A DNA stretch of 35,063 nt from Chloroflexota bacterium. GTDB lineage: Bacteria; Chloroflexota; Limnocylindria; QHBO01. This document shows positions 14,550-22,651 of the stretch, one piece after another. Each line of letters starts with the position of its first letter. Positions within the stretch are counted from its first letter, which is position 1. The notes beneath the pieces were generated by a model, which saw only the letters and a list, made by a program, of their open reading frames with translations, was not told where the DNA came from and did not search any database. Both the position numbers and the translations under genes were made by a program. The stretch covers positions 1 through 35,063 of the forward strand of contig JANMPX010000190.1 in NCBI GenBank assembly GCA_031370085.1. Direction: 5' to 3'.

Positions 14550-15380
14550 ATGATGACGCTCGGAGAGACCGACAGCACGGGCCGCCAGCGACGCCATCTC
14601 TCGGAGTTGGCGATCATCCAGTCGACCCAGGGCGACTGGGAAGAGGCGGTCGCCACCAACCGCCAGCTGCTCGAGCTTGGCGCCGATACCGATACCTACA
14701 ACCGCCTCGGCAAGGCGCTTGCCGAGCTCGGCCGGAACGCCGAGGCGCTCGAAGCCTACGAAAAGGCGCTCGAGCGGGACGCCACGAACCGGATCGCCGA
14801 GCGGAACGTGGCGCGTATCCGCGTCATGATGGCGGGCGAGACTACCGCCGTCGGCGACGGCAAGCAGGAGAAGGCGACCGCTGCGCACTTCATCGAGGAG
14901 ATGGGCAAGACCGGGCACGCTCGCCTCATCAACTCTCCGCCGGCGAAGCAGCTTGCCTCGCTTTCGCCTGGCGACGCGGTAGAGCTGCAGCTCGACGGGG
15001 GCCTGCTCGGAGCCCGGGTCGGCGATCTCGAGATTGGCCAGGTCGAGCCGCGCGTCGGCACCCGCCTTGCCAAGCTGATCAAGGGCGGCAATCGCTACGA
15101 GGCGGCCATCACGACCGTCGATCGGGCTGAGGTGCGGATCATCATCCACGAGGTCTTTGCCGACCCGGAGAACATTGGCAAGGTGTCCTTCCCGGGGAAT
15201 TCGGGTACGCGGGCAGGTGACGTCAGGCCGTACATGAAGGGGACCCCGCTCCGCTACGATGACGAAGAGGAGTCCGAGGAGAATGAGGAGGAGTCCGAGG
15301 AGGTCGAGGAGCTCGACACCAGCCTCCCTGAATTCTCCGCCGAGCCGGACCTCGAGGAAGAGCTGCTCGAAGAACCGTAG
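14550..15380 (+). CDS. TPR-repeat protein with beta-rich middle domain and poly-acidic C-terminal tail
   Basis: TPR-like repeats are present (GDWEEAVATNRQLLELGADTDTYNRLGKALAELGRNAEALEAYEKALERD). The middle region is LSPGDAVELQLDGG...IGQVEPRVGTRLAKLIKGGNRYEAAITTV. The tail is DDEEESEENEEESEEVEELDTSLPEFSAEPDLEEELLEEP. Confidence 0.8.
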   Translation: MMTLGETDSTGRQRRHLSELAIIQSTQGDWEEAVATNRQLLELGADTDTYNRLGKALAELGRNAEALEAYEKALERDATNRIAERNVARIRVMMAGETTAVGDGKQEKATAAHFIEEMGKTGHARLINSPPAKQLASLSPGDAVELQLDGGLLGARVGDLEIGQVEPRVGTRLAKLIKGGNRYEAAITTVDRAEVRIIIHEVFADPENIGKVSFPGNSGTRAGDVRPYMKGTPLRYDDEEESEENEEESEEVEELDTSLPEFSAEPDLEEELLEEP

Positions 15381-15386
15381 GAGCCG

Positions 15387-18212
15387 ATGAACGAGGGCGA
15401 CCGGAAGCGACTGGATCACGTGGTCCTTCCCCGCCGCCTTCCCGGGCTCGCTCTGCTTGAGCGCTACTTCCCCTCGCCGGCGGACAACCAGCTGGATGCC
15501 GAGCTGGCCGCGTTTGCCCATGCGGGAGACATCGTGCTCGACCCTTGGGCGGGCACCGGCTGGACCGCGCGGCGCGCCATTGCGCAGGGGATGCGGGTGG
15601 TCGCCGCCGATCCGAGCCCGTTTGCGCAACTGGCCGCGCAGGCGTTCCTGCTCGCTCCCGACCCCGCGGCGCTGGATGCCGCCTTCAACCAGCTCGCCTC
15701 GTCCCGTCGGGTCGACGTGCCGCTGCGCCAGCACATCGAGGAGCTGTACGCGACGCGGTGCGCCGCATGCCGGCGGCCGGTGGTCGGCGATCAGTTCATC
15801 TGGCCGCGGGACGGGGACGCCCCCGGCCGCAAGATCTATCGGTGCTCGAATTGCGACGTCGCGGTCGGCGGACCCGAAGAACGGGTGGCCCCGGTCGACG
15901 ATGGCGACCTGGCCAAGCTCGGTATCGACCGTCCCGCCGCGACGCTGAGCGCAGAGGTGTCGGATCTGGCGCCTGACGCCGACGAGGATCTGCCGCCGGC
16001 ACCCATCGGCCTGACCCGGGCGCCCGAACCGGACGATGACCACGCCGCCACGCTTGGCGAGCCAGGAGGTCCGCCGCCGCCCCCGGTCAGCGCGCCGGAC
16101 CCGCCTGGCGGGGGGACTCGCGCCGCGCGACCGCGTTTCGCCTCGACCGTGCATCCGGATCCGGCGCCTGCGCCAAGCACCGACATACGCCAGAGCCTTC
16201 ACTACCAGCAGCTGCGCGACCGCTTCCCGGTGCTCGACGGGCACGACGACCTGCTCGATGAGCTGCTCGACCTGTACACGCCGCGGAACCTGTACGCGCT
16301 GCAGACGATCGCCAGCAAGATCGATGCCGAGTTCCGCGACCCGCCGCTGGCTGCCATCTTCCGACTGGCGCTGGCTGCCTGCCTGCTGCCCGGCAGCCGT
16401 CTGAACGGGTACCCCGGTCGCGTCGCGTCACTGCGCATCAGCGGAGGGCACGTCCGCCAGCCGGCGTCGCGGCATCAGCGCGAGGTGAACGTGTGGCGGC
16501 TCTTCGAGTCGGCCGTGACCGATGTGGGGATTGCGCTGGCGGCCATCGGGCGGGATCGACGGCAGGCCCGATTCGCTGCCGACCTCGAGGAGCTGACCGG
16601 GGTCGGAGCCGCCAACGTGCTCTGGATTCGCTGCCGGCCGGCCGTGGTGGGGCAGTACCTGCCGGCCGACGGGCTGGATTTTGTGCTCGGGTCGGTCGCG
16701 CCGCCGGCCAGCGTCGATGAGCTCAGCTTCGAGTACCTGGCGACCGCATGGCTGATCGGGCGCGAGGCGGCGGAGACGCTGCGCCTGGAACCGCTCTTCG
16801 GCGCCCAGCAGACACGGGCCGCGGCGGCCGAGGCGACCGCCCTCCGTCACGCGATGGCATCGGCGACCGGAACCCTGAAGCCCGGAGGCTGGTGCAGCGT
16901 GCTGATGGAGGGCTCCGACCCCGAGCGGATGCTGGCGGTGGCGGTGGCCGGTGCAGCAGCCGAACTGGTCCTGGTGGACGTCATCCTGCGCGAGTCGGTG
17001 CGCTCCGGCGACGGGGTGACGTTGCACTTTCGCAAGCCATCCGCCGTCGAGCGGACTTCGGAGGCTGCCGAGCTCGCGCCACTGCGTCTCGGCGAGGAAG
17101 ACGGCCGCCTCACCTACCCCGAGCTCGCCGATGCGATCGAGCGATCAGCGGTTGCCCTCCTCCGCGAGAGGGGCGAGCCGGCCGGGCTGCTGCGCATCGC
17201 CGCGGCGCTCCTGGTCGATCTGCAGCGCACCAGCCTCTTGCGCCGCGTGGCGACGGCGCGCGGCGCTTCCACGGAGGATTTGAGCGAATTGCCCGAAGAG
17301 AGCGCCGACGAGGCGGAGCGCCGGGATCGAAGCGGTGCCGCCCTCCTGTTGAGCCTGCTGCGCGAAGAGTTGGAGCGCGATGACCACCCTTCGCTCCTAC
17401 AGGTCGGCGAAGGCGAGCGACCCACCTGGTGGCTGCGACAGCCGGAGCTGATCGAGGCGCCGCTCGCCGATCGCGTGGAGTGGGCGGCCTTCTCGGTGCT
17501 CACCACGGCCGGCCGGCTCGACGAGGCCTCGTTCTTCGAGCGCATCTTCGCTCTCTTCCCGGGCACCGGATCACCTGACGAGGAGCTTGTGCGCGCCTGC
17601 CTTGCGGCATACGCGGCGGTCGGTGAACGCGGGCAGCTGCGGAGCGAGGAGACCCTGGCCGGGCGCCAGGAGGACCATGCACGGATGATCGGCACCCTGG
17701 TCGACTATGCCCATCGGCTCGGTCTGCGGGCGTGGGTGGCCCGCAACGAGCAGGACCGGGTCGATCGTGGCGCGCCGCTCGGTCACCGGCTGGGTGAAGA
17801 CGAGCGACGGGCGTATCTGCCGCTGGTGGTCCGCGCGCCGGCAGAGGCGCTGAACGCCGTCGACGCCATCTGGTACCTGCGCGGCCGACTCGCCTTCCTA
17901 TTCGAGGTCGAATGGACCGCGATGCTGGGTGAACCGATCCTGCGCAACGGCCGACGCATCGATCCCACCGAGCAGCAGGCGAGATTCATCGTCTTCCCCG
18001 CGGAACGCGCGGACCTCCTTCGACTCAAGCTCGAGCGCTCACCGTGGCTCCGCGACGAGGTGGCACGCCAGAACTGGCATTTCCTGAAGTGGCAGCATCT
18101 GGACACGCTTGTCGCGCGTGATGGAGCGAGCCTTGAGTGGCTCGAGCCGGTGCTTGGCCTCAACCCGCTCATCGAGCGCGGCGGTCAGCAGCTGACCATC
18201 TTCGGCGAGTGA
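15387..18212 (+). CDS. large Zn-ribbon SAM-methyltransferase-like protein (COG1743-like layout, degenerate DPPY motif) with C-terminal nuclease-like domain
   Basis: Motif I is DIVLDPWAGTGWT, followed by VVAADPSPFA. A CxxC...CxxC ribbon spans C125-C156. Further elements are LYTPRNLYAL, DFVLGSVAPPASVDELSFEYLATAWL at the DPPY position, and LKPGGW. The C-terminus is VDAIWYLRGRLAFLFEVEW. The gene starts 6 nt after the TPR gene. The reading frame is secure; the function is not. Confidence 0.8.
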   Translation: MNEGDRKRLDHVVLPRRLPGLALLERYFPSPADNQLDAELAAFAHAGDIVLDPWAGTGWTARRAIAQGMRVVAADPSPFAQLAAQAFLLAPDPAALDAAFNQLASSRRVDVPLRQHIEELYATRCAACRRPVVGDQFIWPRDGDAPGRKIYRCSNCDVAVGGPEERVAPVDDGDLAKLGIDRPAATLSAEVSDLAPDADEDLPPAPIGLTRAPEPDDDHAATLGEPGGPPPPPVSAPDPPGGGTRAARPRFASTVHPDPAPAPSTDIRQSLHYQQLRDRFPVLDGHDDLLDELLDLYTPRNLYALQTIASKIDAEFRDPPLAAIFRLALAACLLPGSRLNGYPGRVASLRISGGHVRQPASRHQREVNVWRLFESAVTDVGIALAAIGRDRRQARFAADLEELTGVGAANVLWIRCRPAVVGQYLPADGLDFVLGSVAPPASVDELSFEYLATAWLIGREAAETLRLEPLFGAQQTRAAAAEATALRHAMASATGTLKPGGWCSVLMEGSDPERMLAVAVAGAAAELVLVDVILRESVRSGDGVTLHFRKPSAVERTSEAAELAPLRLGEEDGRLTYPELADAIERSAVALLRERGEPAGLLRIAAALLVDLQRTSLLRRVATARGASTEDLSELPEESADEAERRDRSGAALLLSLLREELERDDHPSLLQVGEGERPTWWLRQPELIEAPLADRVEWAAFSVLTTAGRLDEASFFERIFALFPGTGSPDEELVRACLAAYAAVGERGQLRSEETLAGRQEDHARMIGTLVDYAHRLGLRAWVARNEQDRVDRGAPLGHRLGEDERRAYLPLVVRAPAEALNAVDAIWYLRGRLAFLFEVEWTAMLGEPILRNGRRIDPTEQQARFIVFPAERADLLRLKLERSPWLRDEVARQNWHFLKWQHLDTLVARDGASLEWLEPVLGLNPLIERGGQQLTIFGE

Positions 18213-18262
18213 GGTCGACGACGCTGGGGAAACGCATTGACCACCCGGCGTAGACTCCTCGC

Positions 18263-18295
18263 GGGAGTGCCGTGGCTCCCCCCTGCGGCACTCCC
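18263..18295. terminator. 10-bp perfect stem-loop between convergent genes (bidirectional terminator candidate)
   Basis: GGGAGTGCCG (18263-18272) pairs with CGGCACTCCC (18286-18295), leaving a 13-nt loop. There is no clear U-tract. Confidence 0.5.
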
Positions 18296-18304
18296 AATTG
18301 CCGC

Positions 18305-18643
18305 CTAGGGGCGCGGCGAGGCCTTCGGCCTGCTCGCTCGACGACCGAGCGCGCGGCGCACCACCGACATCACCTCTCCGACGTACGGCTCGCCCTGACC
18401 GGTCTCGATGGCATGCGTCAGACAACCGTCGATGTGATCCTCGAGCAGCAGGAGCGCCACCTCGTCTGCGGCGGCGGTCAGGGAGTCGACCTGCTGAAGG
18501 ATCTCGAGGCAATAGGCCTCCTCTTCGACCAGGCGCTGGACTCCACGCGCCTGCCCCTCGATCCGCCGCAGCCGATTGAGCAGCTCGCGACGGTCCTTGG
18601 TGTAGGAATGGCGGAAGTGGGCCGCCTCCGGATCGGTGCTCAT
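18305..18643 (-). CDS. csoR: CsoR/RcnR-family metal-sensing transcriptional repressor (x-C-H-C type)
   Basis: 112 aa, starting MSTDPEAAHFRHSYTKDRRELLNRLRRIEGQARGVQRLVEEEAYCLEILQQ...LEDHIDGC. Ligand positions are Cys45, His70 and Cys74. The 400-aa track ORF is an upstream extension antisense to the next gene. Confidence 0.85.
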   Translation of the reverse strand: MSTDPEAAHFRHSYTKDRRELLNRLRRIEGQARGVQRLVEEEAYCLEILQQVDSLTAAADEVALLLLEDHIDGCLTHAIETGQGEPYVGEVMSVVRRALGRRASRPKASPRP

Positions 18644-18658
18644 ACTCGGGGGTAGTAT
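18642..18658. promoter_or_regulatory. CsoR-type operator candidate ATACT-CGGGGGT-AGTAT
   Basis: A 5-bp inverted repeat flanks a G-tract, which is the general shape of known CsoR boxes. It lies in the 27-nt divergent gap and overlaps the repressor start codon. Confidence 0.4.
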
Positions 18659-18670
18659 GCCTGCGCTACC

Positions 18671-19411
18671 ATGCCGCGAGCAATGCCCGAGCTTGAGCGT
18701 CATGAGCTGATCTCCCCGATTGACCGCGTCCTGGTCGTCTTCAGCCACCCCGACGACGCGGAGTTCGGCGCGGCGGCCACCATCGCCACGCTCGCCGCCG
18801 GCGGCGCCCGGGTCGACTACCTCGTTACCACCGATGGCGGGAAGGGCACCGAGGACCCCGAGATCACCTCCGCGCAGCTGGCCTCCACGCGCGTGGAGGA
18901 GCAGCGCTCCGCCGCTGACCTGCTGGGCGTCTCCGAGATCGTCCACCTCGGCTACCCCGACGGTTACCTCACGGCCAGCCTCGAGCTGCGGCGCGACATC
19001 GTTCGCCAGATCCGCCGGCTGCAGCCCGACCTTGTCATCGCCCAGAACCCCGTGCGGCGGATGGATGGCAACCCGTTCATCGGCCATCCTGATCATCTCG
19101 CCACCGGCGAAGCGACCCTTGCGGCGGTCTACCCCGCCGCGCGCGATCGTCTCAACTTCCCGGAGCTGTTGACCGAGGGACTCGAGCCCTGGAAGGTGCG
19201 CCAGGTGCTGGTCAGCGGCGTCGAGCGGGCGAACCTGTACCTGGACGTGTCGGGCCAGTTCGAACGCGGGATGCAGGCGTTGCTCTGCCACGCCAGCCAG
19301 ATCGCCGACCCGGTCGCGGTCGAGGAGCGCGTCCGGCTGCGAGCGGCCGAGGCTGGCCAACCGGTCGGCCTGCCGCTGGCCAACGCCTTCCTCTCGATCC
19401 TGCTCACCTGA
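18671..19411 (+). CDS. PIG-L/LmbE-family deacetylase
   Basis: Motifs VLVVFSHPDDAEFG and GHPDHLATGEA, matching the zinc-dependent GlcNAc-deacetylase family. Confidence 0.85.
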   Translation: MPRAMPELERHELISPIDRVLVVFSHPDDAEFGAAATIATLAAGGARVDYLVTTDGGKGTEDPEITSAQLASTRVEEQRSAADLLGVSEIVHLGYPDGYLTASLELRRDIVRQIRRLQPDLVIAQNPVRRMDGNPFIGHPDHLATGEATLAAVYPAARDRLNFPELLTEGLEPWKVRQVLVSGVERANLYLDVSGQFERGMQALLCHASQIADPVAVEERVRLRAAEAGQPVGLPLANAFLSILLT

Positions 19412-19424
19412 TGAGGATCGACGC

Positions 19425-21296
19425 ATGATGCGCGGACATTGGGGAGGCGGCGAGGGACCGAACCTGCGCGCCCGCCCCGGCAGCGGGCCGGCGACCTTCC
19501 GCCGCATCGTCGGCTTCTTCCGTCCCTACCAACGCCGGCTGAGCCTGATCGGCGTGCTGATCGTGCTCACGGTCAGCATCGGTGTCGTCAACCCGATCCT
19601 CCTCAAGCTGATCATCGACAACCTGACCGGTCCGCAGGACCTGGCACTCCTCTACCTCCAGGCCGGGCTGATGATCGGGCTGCCGGTGGTCACCAGCCTG
19701 CTCGGCGTGTGGCAGAGCTACCTGTCGAACGTGGTCGGTCAGAACGTGATGAACGACCTGCGCGAAGCTCTCTACACCCATCTGCAGTGGATGCCGCTGC
19801 GCTTCTTCACCGAGACCAGGACCGGCGAGATCCAGAGTCGCATCGGCAACGACGTCAGTGGCGTGCAGTCGGTGGTGACCGATACCGCCGCGTCGCTGCT
19901 CTCGAACTTCGCGACGGTGGCCACCACGGTGATCGCGATGCTGATCATCGATTGGCGACTGACCGCGCTCAGCCTGGGGATGCTGCCGATCTTCGCCTAC
20001 ATCACCTACCGGGTCGGCAAGGTGCGGCGCGAGGTGAGCGGGCTGACCCAGCGATCACTGGCCGAGGTGAGTGCCATCACCCAGGAGTCGCTCTCGGTGT
20101 CGGGGATCCTGCTCTCCAAGACCTTTGGCCAGCAGCAGGCCAGCATCGAGAAGTTCCGTGGCGAGTCCCGCCGCCTTGGCGCCCTGCAGATCCGCCAGCA
20201 GATGATCGGCCGCTGGTTCTTTGCGCTGATCGGCACCTTCTTCTCGATCGCGCCGGCCTTCGTCTACCTGCTGGCGGGGTCGCTGATCATCGGCGGCGAC
20301 ACCCACGTCAGCATCGGCACCATCGTCGCCTTCACCACCCTGCAGAGCCGCCTCTTCTTCCCGCTCGGCCAGCTGCTCGGCGTGCAGGTCGAGATCCAGG
20401 GCGCCCTCGCACTCTTCGACCGGATCTTCGAGTACCTGGAGATGCAACCGGAGATTACCGACGCCCCCGACGCGGTGGCCCTCGACCCGGCCGCGCTCCG
20501 CGGGCAGGTGCGCTTCCGGCAGGTGAGCTTCCAGTACGCCAAGGCGCCGGCGCCGGCGCAGGCGGCCGAATCCGATGACGCGGCGGCTCTGCCGCCAACC
20601 GAGCCGTTCGGACTGACCGATGTCGACTTCGAGGCCTCTCCGGGGCAGCTCGTTGCGCTGGTCGGGCCGTCAGGGGCCGGCAAGACGACCACCACCTACC
20701 TCATCCCGCGGCTCTACGACGCGCTGAGCGGCTCGGTCGAGATCGACGGCATCGACGTTCGCCGGATCCGCCTCGAGTCGCTCGGCCTCGAGGTGGGGGT
20801 GGTGACGCAGGAGACCTACCTGTTCCACGCATCGGTGCTCGACAACCTGCGCTACGCCAAGCCGCACGCGACCATGGAAGAGATCGAGGCGGCCGGACGG
20901 GCCGCCGCCATTCATGACCGCGTCATGCAGCTCCCCGAGGGCTACGACACGATCGTCGGGGAACGCGGCTACAAGCTCTCCGGTGGCGAGAAACAACGGG
21001 TCGCCATCGCGCGCGTGCTCCTCAAGGATCCGCGAATCCTGGTCCTCGACGAGGCGACCAGCGCGCTCGACACCGTGAGCGAGCGGCTCATCCAGGGTGC
21101 GCTCGCAAGGCTCATGGAGGGGCGCACCACGATTGCGATAGCGCATCGCCTGTCGACCATCCTGCGCGCCGATCTGATCCTGGTTTTCGACCGTGGGCGG
21201 ATCGTTGAGCGTGGCACCCACGCCGAGCTGCTGCGCCACGAGGGCATCTACGCGCACCTCTACGCCGAGCAATTTGCAAGTGAGCGGCCCGTCTGA
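19425..21296 (+). CDS. ABC exporter, fused permease/ATPase (MsbA/multidrug type)
   Basis: A six-helix TMD is followed by Walker A GPSGAGKTT, signature LSGGEKQR, Walker B ILVLDEATSALD and the H-loop AHRLST. Confidence 0.9.
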   Translation: MMRGHWGGGEGPNLRARPGSGPATFRRIVGFFRPYQRRLSLIGVLIVLTVSIGVVNPILLKLIIDNLTGPQDLALLYLQAGLMIGLPVVTSLLGVWQSYLSNVVGQNVMNDLREALYTHLQWMPLRFFTETRTGEIQSRIGNDVSGVQSVVTDTAASLLSNFATVATTVIAMLIIDWRLTALSLGMLPIFAYITYRVGKVRREVSGLTQRSLAEVSAITQESLSVSGILLSKTFGQQQASIEKFRGESRRLGALQIRQQMIGRWFFALIGTFFSIAPAFVYLLAGSLIIGGDTHVSIGTIVAFTTLQSRLFFPLGQLLGVQVEIQGALALFDRIFEYLEMQPEITDAPDAVALDPAALRGQVRFRQVSFQYAKAPAPAQAAESDDAAALPPTEPFGLTDVDFEASPGQLVALVGPSGAGKTTTTYLIPRLYDALSGSVEIDGIDVRRIRLESLGLEVGVVTQETYLFHASVLDNLRYAKPHATMEEIEAAGRAAAIHDRVMQLPEGYDTIVGERGYKLSGGEKQRVAIARVLLKDPRILVLDEATSALDTVSERLIQGALARLMEGRTTIAIAHRLSTILRADLILVFDRGRIVERGTHAELLRHEGIYAHLYAEQFASERPV

Positions 21297-21351
21297 CGCC
21301 GGACGCAAGCGTGGAATTCAACGTTTCGGCGCCTCCCTGCGTCGGAAGGGC

Positions 21352-21906
21352 ATGATCACGAGCACGACCTTGGATCCGTTGACACAGGTGCTCCCGGAGT
21401 CGTCGGCCGAGGCCGATCCCCATCGTATTGGCATCGTCGGTCTGCAGGCGGATCGCGGCGCCGAGCTGTGGGGCCTGGCCCGTCATCTCGGCCTCTCACC
21501 CGACGAGGCGGATGACGCCGTGCAGGAGACGCTCGTTCGTCTCTGGACGGCGCTCCGCGGCGGAGCCAGCATCGAGAGACTGGACGCCTGGGCCTTCCGG
21601 GCGATCTACCGGCTGGCGATGGATCGTCATCGCTGGCGTCGCCGCGTTCGACTCCTGGCCGATCGGCTCGGCGCGCAGCCAGAGCGACGGTCCACCGTCG
21701 ACGTGGCCGATCGGTTGGCTATCTGGGATGCCGTCGAGAGCCTGCCGCAACGCCAGCGCCTCGCGGTCTATCTGCGCTATCGAGCAGACCTGCCATACGA
21801 GGAGATCGGCGCGATCCTGGGGATTGCAGCTCCTTCGGCGCGCAGTCATGTAAGCCGTGCTCTCGACGCCCTGCGCGTCGCGCTCGGCGAGGAGGCACCA
21901 CGATGA
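21352..21906 (+). CDS. ECF-type RNA polymerase sigma factor
   Basis: Region 2 reads DEADDAVQETLVRLWTAL...AWAFRAIYRLAMDRHR. Region 4 reads LPQRQRLAVYLRYRADLPYEEIGAILGIAAPSARSHVSRALDALR. ATG 21352 follows GGAAGGG. The track ORF from 21193 overlaps the ABC gene. Confidence 0.85.
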   Translation: MITSTTLDPLTQVLPESSAEADPHRIGIVGLQADRGAELWGLARHLGLSPDEADDAVQETLVRLWTALRGGASIERLDAWAFRAIYRLAMDRHRWRRRVRLLADRLGAQPERRSTVDVADRLAIWDAVESLPQRQRLAVYLRYRADLPYEEIGAILGIAAPSARSHVSRALDALRVALGEEAPR

Positions 21907-22607
21907 ATGATCAGGATCTGGAACGGCAGCTTCGATCGCAGCAAGGGCCGCGCGAAGAGGGATACGTGGCGGCTCGGCTGCCCGGGACGCTTGATGAGGC
22001 GCCGGTTGCCAGCCGACGACCCTCGCGCCTGCAACGGTCAGCGATGTTCGTGGCTGCGGGCGTGGCCGGTGCCCTGGCAGTCGCCGTCGCTGCGGGCGCA
22101 TTCTCTGGCCTTGGCCTTGGCCCAGGCGTCGGAGCGACGGGATCGAGTTCGCCGTCGGCCGAGGCCTCGACGCCGGCTTCGGGTAGCGGCGCATGCGGCC
22201 CGCAGGACGTGAGCCTCGCGGCGGAGCCATGGGGCGGCGCGGCCGGGTCACGCGGCACGGTCGTGATGGTGACCCTGGCGGCCGGACGCGGCACCTGCAC
22301 ACTCGGCAAGGGGCTGACAGCCGAGACTAGGGATGCCAACGAAACCGTGCTTGCTACGACCGGAACGGCCGAGTCGGGGGAGCCGGTAACGCTAGCGCCA
22401 GGAGTCTCGTTTACCATCGGGATGGCTTGGAGCAACTGGTGCGGAGCAACTCCGGCGGCGCCGGTAAGTCTCGCGCTGAAGATGTCCGGCTGGGAGTCGT
22501 TCGCAGCGGTACCCGTCCCGACCGGTGGCGTGGACCCGGTGCCACCCTGCATGGGGAGCACTGAGCCGACCGCCCTCAGCTGGACGGGTCTCGAGCCGCA
22601 GCAGTAG
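21903..22607 (+). CDS. single-pass anti-sigma-like membrane protein with DUF4232-like extracytoplasmic domain
   Basis: An ATGA overlap joins it to the sigma gene. It has a TM segment FVAAGVAGALAVAVAAGAF. The C-terminus follows the pattern C..QDVSL...GAAGS....V.L...G.C.L.G....PG.SF.I.MAWSNWC. Confidence 0.6.
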   Translation: MNDQDLERQLRSQQGPREEGYVAARLPGTLDEAPVASRRPSRLQRSAMFVAAGVAGALAVAVAAGAFSGLGLGPGVGATGSSSPSAEASTPASGSGACGPQDVSLAAEPWGGAAGSRGTVVMVTLAAGRGTCTLGKGLTAETRDANETVLATTGTAESGEPVTLAPGVSFTIGMAWSNWCGATPAAPVSLALKMSGWESFAAVPVPTGGVDPVPPCMGSTEPTALSWTGLEPQQ

Positions 22608-22651
22608 CGGTGAAGGCGACGGGCTTGTCGAGGTGACACACTTGGTCAGCC

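Noticed and set aside
14520-16244. 574-aa minus-strand ORF
   Set aside because: It is antisense to the TPR gene and the start of the 941-aa gene. Its Arg/Gly/Pro-rich composition has no motifs, so it is a GC artefact.
14449-18212. Calling the methyltransferase-like module a restriction-modification or phage-defence system
   Set aside because: No partner ATPase, helicase or specificity subunit is present, there are no mobile-element hallmarks, the neighbours are housekeeping genes, and the catalytic motif is degenerate. The function is left open.
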